Positions 19,101-25,384 of a DNA stretch of 40,539 nucleotides are shown here, piece after piece. The notes under the pieces are model-generated. The model ran no database searches. It saw only the letters and a program-made list of their open reading frames with translations, and was not told the DNA's origin. This stretch comes from a virus (Duplodnaviria; Caudoviricetes), in IMG/VR virus record IMGVR_UViG_3300016667_000290, positions 1 to 40,539 of that record; one strand, written 5' to 3'. Every line of letters begins with the position of its first letter. The stretch's first letter is position 1. Both the position numbers and the translations under genes were made by a program.

Positions 19101-20015
19101 GGTCGGCAGGTCTGGCGCCGGGGGCACGTTGCCCTCCAGCACCGACTCGCGCTTCTTGCCAGCCGTGTTGATGCCTGGGTTCGGGTAGATGCCGAATGCG
19201 GCCTTGCCGGCCTGCTCCAGTTCGGCTGCCGTGGGCTCGCCAGTCTTGCCACCGACCGGGGCGGCAGCACCGCCCAGGAAACGCTGGCGCAACTCGCCTG
19301 CCTGCTGGCCGGCGTTCGGGGCGATCCAGTAGTCGAAATAGGCCGCTTTGGTCTGCGCCTGCACCTCCGGGGTGAGCGCCTGAAACTCCGGCTTGGCCTC
19401 AACGTCGGCCCACTTGGGCGCCTTGCCCAGGTCGGGGGTGGCCGGGGCCGCGTTGGCCGATGGGATCACGTTGCCCAGCCGGGCCAGCACGTCGCTGACG
19501 TAGCTCGACACGCGCTTGCCGTTGCCGTCTGCCCGGTCGGCTTTCCATGCCGTGCCCTGGCCGCCGACGTTGCCCTCGCCGGAGAAATACCCGGTGGCGA
19601 TCTTGGCGGGGTCGTCGCCGAACTTGGTGCCCAGGTCTTTCACGATCCGCGCCATGACGGCGAGGTTGTGCTCGGTGTTGTCGATGCTCTCACCGGGCTT
19701 GGCGTACTGCCGGAACGTCCCGGGCATGATCTGGCCAGCGCCGCGTGCACCGTCCACGCTGGTAGCCGTGTTGCGCCCGCCGCCGGACTCCTGTTGCAGG
19801 AGCGCGGCCATAACCTTGCGCTGCGCTGGGCTCAGACCCTCACGGTCAGCGACCGAGCCGATGGCAGACTCATCGAGGGGCTCGACCGGGGCGCTGCTGC
19901 GGGGGGCTCTGGGCTGTGCCAGAAGGTCGCCGAACCCGCCGCCGGAGGGGGCTGGAATCGAACCAGAACTAGAGGTGGGTTTGAGAAGATCGCCGAAGTT
20001 TTGATTCGATTCCAT
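7095..20015 (-). CDS. Giant DarB-like polyvalent virion/ejection protein (4306 aa): lytic transglycosylase, adenine-type MTase, strawberry-notch-like SF2 helicase, ParB-like, zincin-like and PLxRFG domains
   Basis: QESGG...GAGQIMPGT (SLT, ~19480-19830); EPTAGNG and ANPPFG (~15630-15820); GDQTGIGKG, DESH, SAT and QMLGRVHRTGQ (~12870-14560); EGNHR (~10985); HEILHH (~10385); PLMRFG (~9140). Confidence 0.9.
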   Translation of the reverse strand: MESNQNFGDLLKPTSSSGSIPAPSGGGFGDLLAQPRAPRSSAPVEPLDESAIGSVADREGLSPAQRKVMAALLQQESGGGRNTATSVDGARGAGQIMPGTFRQYAKPGESIDNTEHNLAVMARIVKDLGTKFGDDPAKIATGYFSGEGNVGGQGTAWKADRADGNGKRVSSYVSDVLARLGNVIPSANAAPATPDLGKAPKWADVEAKPEFQALTPEVQAQTKAAYFDYWIAPNAGQQAGELRQRFLGGAAAPVGGKTGEPTAAELEQAGKAAFGIYPNPGINTAGKKRESVLEGNVPPAPDLPTTSKVPVRPEVRAEFNKAWDAATPEQRQTMAGRPDWMGMLARERAGIFERADQNATPTTKTLDTRAEGRAGRLAAAGEDPRFAETAGRMSAAAGVNPGAEIPFMQRGGVAQESTFDFDTKQLFDQQGGSNGLNNPLVRGLAKAGLGLGKAAAGYGEFLSDTMGLDEAGKTMREGGKFLRGKEEAIGESGTFLERNLEGAINSIAQQLPLLIGGAAVASQAIPLAGMALQTFGQEYSDGKAKGQSVQDATTRAALFAAFELVGEKFGLGETLKAFKAAAKGLPADQIAGFLWAALKKEVPGEVLTTSGQFAVDKFGGKGVALNPNATGADYLKQVADTIAQTIMQSGITAGGTTGVSRGVQFLNEAQMPEDQFARALVADINSREFTKEGINEQVVRSMNPDGTIYMPGGQPIPSRTVAAEDAGAPAINPPAVMGTNADRPEEPAPSNAITDDDVREFGQTRFDYLMDKQAGTDEVPGSLTPTEQDELSQLEAAGDDVAKLRRIYRFDQPGTQNETPNQDQATGPALNQDAGSATGQPGGPAAQQEPAGQAPGAQGSAEAGQRYEGLPAGAPVNETEVEREARLEREAIQNNTPVEAAPDDSNVPFEPVKPRTEKEAKERRNGTQADQAQQAEAQQPTPQRGTERQVNKFDPTGWTQSENKINAKTGEPNFPEGVNRYTKSDDRGTHIVITRNGEVSQSRTLSPKITLENSILDFDAPITGRIEINNLTGQLVFQADDGHVTKMSPRASQQYKDGVPVEKIAETEFSDAGGIRPDGSKTPHTTTAVLTNQKNEQAPAETAAASPTEGGLPAAGASSQPVEADGVKPKTEAEAKKAKAQADLEAALGDLGDILGKSTRMNIMPEDEQRLLPVLTRVMDAAFRLGYYKFKDAARFVLKTIREKLGKEAADQITLDHLQGSYIGMAGKYQAEGTASSKQEVIAVESLDELVDAVEETSTEPVAEPSDLHTAEGKFKVAQTLADEFIGGASFATIIEARKRIGELIGKKIEPGTELAKQADETIEVAVVLAAREMVKAGRAQGRSPQVIYDRLVSLYNAQPNLAVRSSTSVRDQAYSTPVPLAYVASELAGITDKSRVVEPTAGNGMLLIGANADRVTANELNSQRFQMLRAMGFRNAHRLNAATEVFAVSKSQDAVIANPPFGATKDDQGNTIVYEVSPSYGTREVDHAIAFKALEAMKDDGRAVLIVGGSNATSEDGRREDYRGKNKRAFYFNLYQQYNVVDHFTVDGSLYSKQGASYPVDVIVIEGRGKSSRDLPAADLPKMIGSYDELKEKLNGTRSVGTEGDVSTDETGSGEAAAGAGDGTPVVGSPGRSGAGTRGQGGGAGNDASVQGAERPATGVSEPSGAESGTAQPKPANADGTGNAGQAPVSGGGDGTQPGREGRAQSGSDGLGGASVVSGERVGSGLNDRRGEEQETENQVEYTPHSQASSVGTLVPRAMRDAIEASLQKLEDQVGNLDEYVAERLSMDPETVRSNFSAEQVDALALAIKNAEEGRGFIIGDQTGIGKGRVVAAMIRYALVNDKTPIFVTEKPNLYADMIRDLDDIGMTDDLALDTNKPRILITNSKDSIPYTLLRDVNGEVTENNLTLRAPKSGKELEDLMKGMMEAESLGEYKVIFTTYSQLQTHKGKVTQRMKFVQQFGAGNYMIFDESHNAGGAGETQARTKEQREKAKEGESLVTGRAAFVRGLVGRAYGTFFSSATYAKRPDVMDLYSSTNMKLAVDKLSQLAEAIKLGGVPMQQVVANMLTMDGQYIRRERTFAGVSYDTTETKVEKQTAENMAIAMRSILAFSRAKEAVIANIQKEMDKEGQMIREMGGEKSTIQGANFGSIMHNLIDQMLLSLKAQDSVRHAIERLKAGEKVVMTVSNTMGSFLKDYAEEMGLNVGDPVALSFADLYVRYLDKQRMVTIKDAAGNKTQRRLTDKELGPALVAQFEAVRQQIMDAGFGSAPISPIDFLHTELRRAGYKTDEITGRTITINYDGSAPKLTGRSATIKQRVNAVRGFNNGDIDVIILNQAGSTGLSLHASSKFKDQRKRHMIIVQAEKNIDTHMQMLGRVHRTGQVIAPAYSQMMADVPAEMRPAAVLLKKMASLNANTTASRKSSVTAEGVVDFMNDYGGQVVQEYLRDNPDVLEAIGGSKVMPLAEDSSEGTEDDIRKLTGYIPILPIKQQEEIYRDLIDRYNELIERENTLGTNKLEAKAVDLDAETISTQQITEDKGDPSVFASPANMERVDVKRTVKPFTQKEVLDMVDERLGGKTAEQVSSEQIADLNERAKAYAVERVAKMQQAPDADQVRIEAQKNLLNMIWNNTKAVLENYHIGQSISIKDKLGQIVYGVITDIHPAKRTANPAVGSDWKMQIALANGDAKTLSLTFSQISTKYQLAQERSIHWFNPETQQLELTSVLTVFDKGTHSRREKRWIVTGNILGGFAKFPGQIITYTRKDGTTGQGVLMSRQFDFEKEMSKQPVRMNSALMAVKFVEDFSGTVGTEDGVFKVTKHGSGFNFFVPSSKKDGGTYYLDRQLTSITGDFYKRGSIMVAKVYYADDAMKALEYIMSGRQEPIVALTHLDKAKQMLGEQKGKGNLQDIVAQPAVYKEDIPNENWLAGKVQDAEEGGRNKWGVPRRMGSVTGYFKRPLNLPTYLLSTLKGESGEQENVREDSLKYIRENWDEVKKEPVYVEVDPFGVAWVSEGNHRIMVARELGEASLPVEVRYFSGGQRKAGPWAPNELLGLDARRQGNNVFDFKRSPSIAFSVLPEQKRVAARQKLNTLEKKLDAGKITEAEYVLAARELTRQLNDQRDERVLAEIERGRRRGADWIVSQLRRGVADGMVPRYEADFAQWLLEQNPQLANDLGYSISGKEGGNARGEYSPFERIMYLFSANLDGGGTAVHEILHHTEAMMPREVQAAILREWQRQWDAAYKKATKAQQQAMRDMLAAAFGDKEAGKRVSQAFGTGVLSYDQHYQLFSPSEFWAVNATRILSGRYAAKGLWVSRAAQWLKEFVQRVKAMLGLRSDNAVIQGLKAVMAGDGSFQSGEMLRDMDFEQWLGEKEVKKEGDLPPVQDITRKVQRNLTQFFGNRDNLRTFSFYDRTLSTQFNKALKDEHYGKVFAFVNAMQNEVSLTSIRPAELAPGILRKVDDSGSAIKTLAMGNVRDKSLQGATNAMLAGTLDGKTVLDGKVWTEEELRNNFQLDDAGVALYQQGRAAIDASLEEVAAAEAYAMAQGYIPKQSRRQIIDNPKRANNVIFGALAKAKKLLQAALDNAREQEASDEKIASLEETIKAYEDTEEKVKAIFAKSRELKAAGYMPLMRFGQFTVTVQEVNPETGNLVRDDEGEAVVHYFGMFETQAEANAKYNEMQVKYAGNTGVKLSKGVKSNESYKLYSGISPETLALFAEEVGADKVMREYYKQALAERSALKRRLERKKIEGFSDDLPRILSNFITSNGRMAAQRYYLRDLNNAIKFIPKEKGDVMDEAIKLREFMMTPNDPAAPVSALMFAWFLGGSVASALVNLTQPLLMTGPYLSQFGPGTAAKAMANAFLIAMGRKQITDPDLRKALKRASQEGIVEAQEIFHLYSQGAQGVSIKLANTLSKLPVVGNKLKAGTEGVRARSEAFFTLWGMMFSVAESFNRKLTFLAAWNVAIANKDPNPYAFAVRAVNETQGIYNKANRPNLARSATGRVVLTFKQFSLMYVELVKRMATKGGPEGKRAALIMMAMLMLAAGEEGLPFAQDLEDLIDTIGQMMGYDTNVKRNKRRLAYEILGKTGGDLFLYGVSSVLPLDFSGRLGLGNLIPGTGLFKASAEGNKIREVTEVVGPAGSLLQQINDAYEAKTSGNTGKAIQSLAPKAVKDVAQGVDMATTGTAKDTKGRKNMDVTLADAVVKSVGFNPTKLAQASRARGPVMQDRALQKNVESDIVDMWARGIATKDEKLQQEAAKQLKEWNAKNPQTPVAINNEQVRQAARQYLIDQDARIIKSAPRELRGRAGLELAK
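14834..15229 (-). CDS. Nested +1-frame ORF (131 aa) inside a giant-gene linker
   Basis: AAGGAG-7nt-ATG; GC3-rich in this frame while the host frame is a G/A/S/E-rich linker; globular-looking sequence (RQWWEALADRVQELAD...LMDWVEQAL). Confidence 0.65.
   Translation of the reverse strand: MALVAWAPKGMSVPMKLVAVKLPPGPVTERQWWEALADRVQELADKAGEQETMQACKALNVPQPEYLNQAGQSLVLHNLNLRTQMELAMPDKHPFPGVVTEPSQDVKDALNLDLMDWVEQALSVVSESDLD
16634..16732 (-). CDS. Nested +1-frame micro-ORF (32 aa, Pro-rich)
   Basis: MSKHQQKLPPPPPPKEDYPLPELPANPWKPMG*; ATG inside a host AAT-G; no clear SD. Confidence 0.3.
   Translation of the reverse strand: MSKHQQKLPPPPPPKEDYPLPELPANPWKPMG
17165..17242 (-). CDS. Nested +1-frame micro-ORF (25 aa, basic)
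   Basis: AAGGA-8nt-ATG; MALKPIKPSKQKRNNRRRNEEPNDK*; same AATGGCACTC start context as the 131-aa nested ORF. Confidence 0.4.
   Translation of the reverse strand: MALKPIKPSKQKRNNRRRNEEPNDK
17387..17566 (-). CDS. Nested +1-frame ORF (59 aa, K/Q/P-rich)
   Basis: GGGA-7nt-ATG; codons CTC ACC AAG CTG GGC CAG CCG are typical of this phage, while the host frame is A/T3-rich here. Confidence 0.4.
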   Translation of the reverse strand: MKLQTKTKQLGLHSIKMPAAQLGNQAGQPPSKNPQGKPQAPKAVPKQANDTKAYQPAPR

Positions 20016-20023
20016 GAGGCTTC

Positions 20024-21166
20024 TTACTGTGAAGGGACGCCGATTAGGGAGTTGATACGCGGGTCTACCGTACCAGTCCCGAGTGTGCCCGGGGTCGGGC
20101 TATTTGATTTCGGCGCGGGCGACCCTTGCATTTGGCGCAGATCGTCGTAGACCTTGCCGGCCTCGTCGGCAACGACCTTCGGATCCTTGCCCAGGCCGCC
20201 GTTCTTGGCCACGTAGTCGAGCACAAAGCTACTGCGCGTTTTCTCGCGTGCCGAGCGCACGTGTTCCCAGGCCTCGCTCGGATTCTTGGCAACGCCCTTG
20301 GACATGAGCCACTCCATGGTCTGCACCTCGGCCGGGGTGTGCTGGGCGTGGCGAGCTTTCGGATCGCCCTGGTGCGTCTGGGTGACCGCGCCGGTCTTCT
20401 TGTTGCCCGAGTACACGTTGCCGTAGGAGTCGTGGATGAACTGGTACTCACCGGTCTTGAGCTTGCCAATGGCCGACTGGAACGCCTGAACTGGCACGAA
20501 GCGCGTGGTGCCGTCCGTGGTGGTGAACTGGTAGCCGTCGCCCTCGGGGCCACCGCGCACCGGAGTGATGTCGGAGAACGTCTTGCCGTTGGTGTTCGGC
20601 AGGATGTCGGTTTCCTGCGCGATCTGGTTGGCGAAGTCGATTGCCCCGGCCTTGTCCTGGGAGGCGATCAGTTGGCCCAGGGTGCCCAGCACCACGTCCG
20701 ACTGCCCGCGTGCGTCGAGCTTGCCCTGCACCGCGGCCATGCGCAGCTTTTGGGGAAGCTGCTTGATGTCGTGCTGCGATGTCAGGAACTGGCCTTCCAG
20801 CAGATTGTTCTGGATCGCCTGGGTCTTGGGCAGGTTGGTCTGCTGGTTCTGAGCATTCGACAGGCCGATGCTGGCGGTGATGTCCTTGGTCTGCTCTTCG
20901 ACGGGCTGACGCGCCTGCTGGCCAGCTAGGCCGGTGGACTCGATCTTGAGGCGGGTGCTCTTGTTGGCCGTCTCCTGCGGCAGCGTGTCCAGGCCGGCGG
21001 TGTTCTGCCCGGTGCGCAGCCGGTAGCCGGTTCGCTCCGATTCAGTTTTCTCGGGCAGCGTGGAAAGCTCCGCGTCACGCTTGGCCTGAAGGTACTCGCG
21101 CTCTTTGCGGGCATCGCCCGCCTTGAAGTAGCTGTCCAGAGCAGCCAAACCCATTCCGATGTCCAT
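20024..21166 (-). CDS. Putative internal virion / ejection protein (~380 aa)
   Basis: AAGGAG-5nt-ATG at 21166; Q/T-rich helical N-half; lies between a pilot-like gene and the giant protein. Confidence 0.6.
   Translation of the reverse strand: MDIGMGLAALDSYFKAGDARKEREYLQAKRDAELSTLPEKTESERTGYRLRTGQNTAGLDTLPQETANKSTRLKIESTGLAGQQARQPVEEQTKDITASIGLSNAQNQQTNLPKTQAIQNNLLEGQFLTSQHDIKQLPQKLRMAAVQGKLDARGQSDVVLGTLGQLIASQDKAGAIDFANQIAQETDILPNTNGKTFSDITPVRGGPEGDGYQFTTTDGTTRFVPVQAFQSAIGKLKTGEYQFIHDSYGNVYSGNKKTGAVTQTHQGDPKARHAQHTPAEVQTMEWLMSKGVAKNPSEAWEHVRSAREKTRSSFVLDYVAKNGGLGKDPKVVADEAGKVYDDLRQMQGSPAPKSNSPTPGTLGTGTVDPRINSLIGVPSQ
20082..20107 (-). promoter_or_regulatory. Putative late promoter for the giant gene
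   Basis: TCAAATAGCC-N10-CACACT, same spacing as the four other copies. Confidence 0.6.
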
Positions 21167-21175
21167 GGTCACTCC

Positions 21176-21883
21176 TTAAACGAACGCGCCGTAATCCTGA
21201 TTGCCGTACTCGTAGCCGGTGCCGAAGTTCACCGCGGCGGCCGGGACGACGGGGGCGCTGCCGCCGAGGCCGCCGTTGAAAACGCGGTCGGTGATGCGGC
21301 CCACCGCGCCGACCGTGTCCAGGCCGATCTGACGGTTGTAGTTGGCTTGGTTGTAGCCCTGCTGCGCCACGCTGGCCAACTGGCTCGACGCGCCGGCCGG
21401 CAGTCCCTTGCCCAGGCCCAGCGCGTCGGTCTTGCGGGCGAAGGCGGTGTCGCGCACCTTGGTGCGGGCCGCGTTCTGCTGGGTGGCATCACTGGCCGCC
21501 TGGGCCAGATCCAGGCCGACCATGCTGGACTGGAACGCTGCCTGGGACGGGTCGAGCCCGGGGGTGCGCGTCATCCGATCACGGGCCTTGCCGAACTGAT
21601 CCGACACCGCTGCCGAGGCCTCGCCGGCTGCGCGGGCGTAGTTCTGGGGGGTGTCGTAGTTCTGCGCCTCGGAGATGACGTTGCGCTCCAGCGGCTCGTA
21701 AAGCTCGCGGTACTTGTCCCACTGCTCGGCCGCGATCTGGCTTTGCAGGGCCGTGGCGTCCGCAGCCGTGTTGTTTGCACGCTCTGCCGCCCGGTTGCTG
21801 CCACCGTTGATGAGGCCGCCGATCACTGGCGCGGCGACCGCGCCCACAAGCGCCGCAGCGCCTGCACTCAAGCCAAAAGCCAT
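21176..21883 (-). CDS. Putative DNA-transfer/pilot ejection protein (235 aa)
   Basis: Hydrophobic G/A-rich N-terminus followed by A/Q-rich coiled regions, typical of podoviral ejection proteins; SD AAGGA. Confidence 0.6.
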   Translation of the reverse strand: MAFGLSAGAAALVGAVAAPVIGGLINGGSNRAAERANNTAADATALQSQIAAEQWDKYRELYEPLERNVISEAQNYDTPQNYARAAGEASAAVSDQFGKARDRMTRTPGLDPSQAAFQSSMVGLDLAQAASDATQQNAARTKVRDTAFARKTDALGLGKGLPAGASSQLASVAQQGYNQANYNRQIGLDTVGAVGRITDRVFNGGLGGSAPVVPAAAVNFGTGYEYGNQDYGAFV

Positions 21884-22398
21884 TTTCCTTCTCCTTGCTC
21901 CAGCAAGCCCGCGCAATGAGCTTCGTACTCAGCGTAGGTGCGCGTGGTCAGTTCGTCCTCAAGCACGTCCGGGTCGGTGGTGTGCGTGCCGCAGATGGTC
22001 AGCCAAACCGTGTCCTCGTGGGCATAGCCCGCCCGCTTGGCCCCGGCCGGGGACTCGAACACCTGGGGCGCCTTCAGGCGCTTGATGCCCTGCTCGGTCA
22101 GCACCGAAATGTCGCCCTTGAGCAGAATGTTGATCTGGCTGAACTTGTGGATCCTGCCGGTTAGCACCGTGTCCTTGGGTATGAAAAGCTCCCGGCAGTA
22201 CACGCCACGGGAAAACCTGTGCACAACTGGCATCTCAACCTGGGGCACCTGGGCCAGCACGGCGTCCAGGCGTTCGAGCTTTCCGCGCCAGTCCGCGCCC
22301 TGGGCCAGGGCGGCAAACGGGCCAAAGTCGGCCGGGATCTGGCCCGCGAGCGGGTCAATGATCAAGTCCGAAACGGGCGTGGTGACGGCAATTTGCAT
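21868..22398 (-). CDS. Cupin-like phage protein
   Basis: HRFSRGVYCRELFIPKDTVLTGRIHK...GDISV...GAKRAGYAHEDTVW is a double-stranded beta-helix pattern. Confidence 0.7.
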   Translation of the reverse strand: MQIAVTTPVSDLIIDPLAGQIPADFGPFAALAQGADWRGKLERLDAVLAQVPQVEMPVVHRFSRGVYCRELFIPKDTVLTGRIHKFSQINILLKGDISVLTEQGIKRLKAPQVFESPAGAKRAGYAHEDTVWLTICGTHTTDPDVLEDELTTRTYAEYEAHCAGLLEQGEGKWLLA

Positions 22399-22404
22399 GA
22401 CAGG

Positions 22405-22430
22405 ATTGTCCCGGGCCTGGGGTTATTTGA
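22405..22430 (-). promoter_or_regulatory. Putative late promoter giving a leaderless mRNA
   Basis: TCAAATAACC-N10-GACAAT-N6-ATG(22398); no SD upstream of this gene. Confidence 0.55.
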
Positions 22431-23061
22431 CCCCGCCCAGCAGTCCTTTGGACTTGCACAAGGTCAGCCAAGCCACGTCCCAGTCGGAGTACGCCGTCTG
22501 CTGGTCGTAGGTGTAGGTCTTCACGCGCATGAGCCGGACATCCGGCGTCGTGTCGAAGGTCGCGCCGTAGAAGGTCGAATACTTGCCCTGCGGCAGGCTG
22601 CGTCCGGCCCAGGCCTCGACCGCCGCGTGGTCGGTGTGCATGAAGTACAGGCACTGGTACTGGGACAGGTCATCTTCCCCAGGCTGGCCATAGACGCTGA
22701 TCAGCTTGCCGATGCCAAAGGCCTTTGCCCCATCCGGCATGGGAAGCGGCGAAGATCCTGGGGGCTGGAAGAAGTAGGCTTTGTCGTAGACCCATCCCTT
22801 GCTCAGGAAGAACTTGCGGCTGGCCGACACCGCTCCAATCTCGGTGAGGTAGGTGGGCGCCGTGACAAAGAACGCCGACACCACCTCGTCGTCAAAAATC
22901 TCATTGCGCTGCGCCGACGAGACGGAGTTCCACATCTGCGGATCGCCGACCACCGAGAACTGGGCCCGTAGATGCTCGACCATGGCATTGAACTGCGCAG
23001 TGCCGTTGGCGTAGGCGTAGCGCGTGCTGTTGCCATCGGTCATGACCTCTTCAAAGTCCAT
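22423..23061 (-). CDS. Hypothetical protein (212 aa)
   Basis: GC3-rich ORF coupled by TGATG to the upstream gene. Confidence 0.7.
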   Translation of the reverse strand: MDFEEVMTDGNSTRYAYANGTAQFNAMVEHLRAQFSVVGDPQMWNSVSSAQRNEIFDDEVVSAFFVTAPTYLTEIGAVSASRKFFLSKGWVYDKAYFFQPPGSSPLPMPDGAKAFGIGKLISVYGQPGEDDLSQYQCLYFMHTDHAAVEAWAGRSLPQGKYSTFYGATFDTTPDVRLMRVKTYTYDQQTAYSDWDVAWLTLCKSKGLLGGVK

Positions 23062-23258
23062 CAGTCAACCCACCCGAACTGCTTGAGATAGTTGTAGACG
23101 TAGGCATCCACGTCCTCGTTGAGCGGAACGAGCAGATATGACTCCAGGGTTTCCGTGACGATCCCCTTGGAATCCTTGAAGCTGCGATCCACGCTGTAAT
23201 TGACGCCGAGCCCGCCGTCCCTGGGCTCGGTATGCAGAATCTTGAACGGCTTAATCAT
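23061..23258 (-). CDS. Hypothetical protein (65 aa)
   Basis: MIKPFKILH... starting at ATG 23258, overlapping the upstream stop. Confidence 0.6.
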   Translation of the reverse strand: MIKPFKILHTEPRDGGLGVNYSVDRSFKDSKGIVTETLESYLLVPLNEDVDAYVYNYLKQFGWVD

Positions 23259-24171
23259 ATCGAGCGCCCTTGGCTGCAATGATTGGCGTTGAGAAAAGGT
23301 TGAGTGTCTCGTTGGAGTACGGCCACACGCCGCCCTGGCCACTGGAGCCGCCGATGCCGATGCCGACAAAGCTGTTGTCTCGCTTGTAATCCCAGTTGCA
23401 CCCGTACTCGACAGCGATCCAGCCGCAGAACACGGTGTTGCCGACGTGCTTGATGCCGCCGCGGTAGAAGGCCCAGTAGGTGCTGCGCCAGTTCTCCTGC
23501 GAGCCGTAGCCGATGCAGCCGCCGTACACGTTGAAACCCACGCACTCGCGCCTGGATCGGTAGACCGAAAACTCGCGCTGCGCCTGGGCGATCGACGGGT
23601 AGTAATAGATCGGCTTGTCCGTGAGCACGGGCATGGCAAACGTGTTGGCGTTGTCCGGCGCCAGGGACGGCCCGCCGTCGCTGCGGCACTCGGTCGGATC
23701 GAGCCCGCCGGGGCCTGACACTCGCGGATTGCTGGGCGGGTACACGTTGACACCGCCGGCCACCACCAGGGGTCGATAACGGCTGTCGAATGACGGCGTG
23801 CCGTCGTCCATGATCACCTTCATGCCGTAGTCGGTCGTGGGCCGCCCGGTGATGCCCCTGGGGTCGCAGAACACATAGACCTCGGGCTGCTGGCCGCCGT
23901 AGCCCGAGCGGATCACCTCGATTTCCCAGAGCCCAGCCGCAACGCTGCGCACCGCCGACACGGCGTAATAGTCCGAGGTCGGCATGGTGAAGAACGGCAT
24001 TGGCGTGATGTTGCACGCGATGCGGAACGCATACTGCCGGATCCCGCCGTAGCTGTCGGTTTGCTTGACGACGCGATCGAGGTACGCCTTCCCCACGAAA
24101 TGCAGGTTGCGCGTCTCGCTCGACACCAGCACTTGGCCGTTTTGGTTGACTGCTTGGAATCCCCAGGTCAT
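23251..24171 (-). CDS. Tail-tip accessory / putative receptor-binding protein (306 aa)
   Basis: MTWGFQAVNQNG N-terminus and internal YGMKV..DDG...FDS motif, as in the proteins that follow J-like central fibres. Confidence 0.6.
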   Translation of the reverse strand: MTWGFQAVNQNGQVLVSSETRNLHFVGKAYLDRVVKQTDSYGGIRQYAFRIACNITPMPFFTMPTSDYYAVSAVRSVAAGLWEIEVIRSGYGGQQPEVYVFCDPRGITGRPTTDYGMKVIMDDGTPSFDSRYRPLVVAGGVNVYPPSNPRVSGPGGLDPTECRSDGGPSLAPDNANTFAMPVLTDKPIYYYPSIAQAQREFSVYRSRRECVGFNVYGGCIGYGSQENWRSTYWAFYRGGIKHVGNTVFCGWIAVEYGCNWDYKRDNSFVGIGIGGSSGQGGVWPYSNETLNLFSTPIIAAKGARYD

Positions 24172-24449
24172 CGCATCAGCACCAGCACATAGCTGTCCTC
24201 ACTGCCGCCCGACACCGTGACTCGTGTTCCGTTGACGCTAATCGTGTGAGCGATGGCGCGTCGGTTGAGCGGCGGCGGGTTGATCATCACCTGGGCCGTC
24301 AGCACCTCGCGCCCCTGGAGCGCCGGGAAGGTTCGGGTGACGGACGACCCGCCAGGAACGGTGAACATGTCCACCTGATTCCATGTCACGTCGGTGGTGG
24401 AGTAGTTCAGGCCACCCGCACCATTGAAAATCTGCATCCCGAAGGTCAT
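24168..24449 (-). CDS. Small tail-tip accessory protein (93 aa)
   Basis: MTFGMQIFNGAG N-terminus resembles the downstream gene; ATGA coupling. Confidence 0.6.
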   Translation of the reverse strand: MTFGMQIFNGAGGLNYSTTDVTWNQVDMFTVPGGSSVTRTFPALQGREVLTAQVMINPPPLNRRAIAHTISVNGTRVTVSGGSEDSYVLVLMR

Positions 24450-25384
24450 GACAACTTGCCAATTCGCACGCGCAGGGCGCCGTTCTCGTCATACACGTTG
24501 ATCGTGTTGTTGGTCAGGATCAGCGCGGCATAGTTGCCGTTCGGGTTGACGATGGAGAACCGATCGGCTCGCACAATGAAGTCGGAGGTGGTTCCGCTGT
24601 TGGCCAGACCGAAGCCGGTCACGTAGCCGTTCACGTCCAGGCGCAGGGTGTACTGGGCGAACAGGTCACCGTCAGCGTTGGCCCGCACGGTGGCCTCTTG
24701 CGCAATGGCCGCCTTGTTCTGGTCTACCTGCACCTGAAGCTGGGAGATGCTCGTGGTCAGCGCGGCCACCCGGTTCGCGTTGGTGGTGGTCGCCTGCTGC
24801 ACCAGGGCAATCGAGTCGTTGACCGATGCGTACTGGGTCGTGAGCGTGGTTTGCAGGGCGTTGTCCGAGTTCACCCGCTGCTGGGTTTCCGTCAACAGTG
24901 CGGCCTCGGCGCTGCCGATGCGCACGCCCAGGGCCGTGATCTGGCTGGACAGTCCGGTGTCGCCCTGAATGCGCTGGTTGGTTTCGTCCTTCAGGGCAAG
25001 CTCGCTGGCCGAGAGCCGGTCGAAGATGCCACCGGGCTTGTCGATGTAATCGACCCGGGCCTCAAGGTCTTTGAACAGCCGCGACTCGAAGACCTGGGTG
25101 TGCAGGTCATCGAGCGCCCGGGCGATCATGCCCGGGGTCAGCGACATCGTGCCAAGCTGCTGAACCGCCTTGGTCGTTTTGGCCGAAACCAGGCCGTCAA
25201 TCTCGGCCCGGGTGACGAATGCCCCCGTGCCAGATCCGGACGAGCCGTTGCGCACGTGCCAGCCGTCCACAATGGCCTGGAGGACAAGGCGCGTGTTCTC
25301 GTCGGTAATGGAGTCCAGAGCTTGCAGCGGGATGCCAGGGATGCCCCGCGTCACGCTGCTTGCGATGGTTCCTTGAATCGTCAT
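24446..25384 (-). CDS. Tail tip/needle fibre with coiled coil and DUF1983 (lambda-J C-terminal-like) domain
   Basis: Heptad-rich middle region; YTLRLDVNGYVTGFGL...FIVRADRFSI...VYDENGALRVRIGKL. Confidence 0.7.
   Translation of the reverse strand: MTIQGTIASSVTRGIPGIPLQALDSITDENTRLVLQAIVDGWHVRNGSSGSGTGAFVTRAEIDGLVSAKTTKAVQQLGTMSLTPGMIARALDDLHTQVFESRLFKDLEARVDYIDKPGGIFDRLSASELALKDETNQRIQGDTGLSSQITALGVRIGSAEAALLTETQQRVNSDNALQTTLTTQYASVNDSIALVQQATTTNANRVAALTTSISQLQVQVDQNKAAIAQEATVRANADGDLFAQYTLRLDVNGYVTGFGLANSGTTSDFIVRADRFSIVNPNGNYAALILTNNTINVYDENGALRVRIGKLS

Noticed and set aside
17421-20150. 909-aa ORF on the + strand
   Set aside because: Antisense shadow of the giant gene's N-terminal part.
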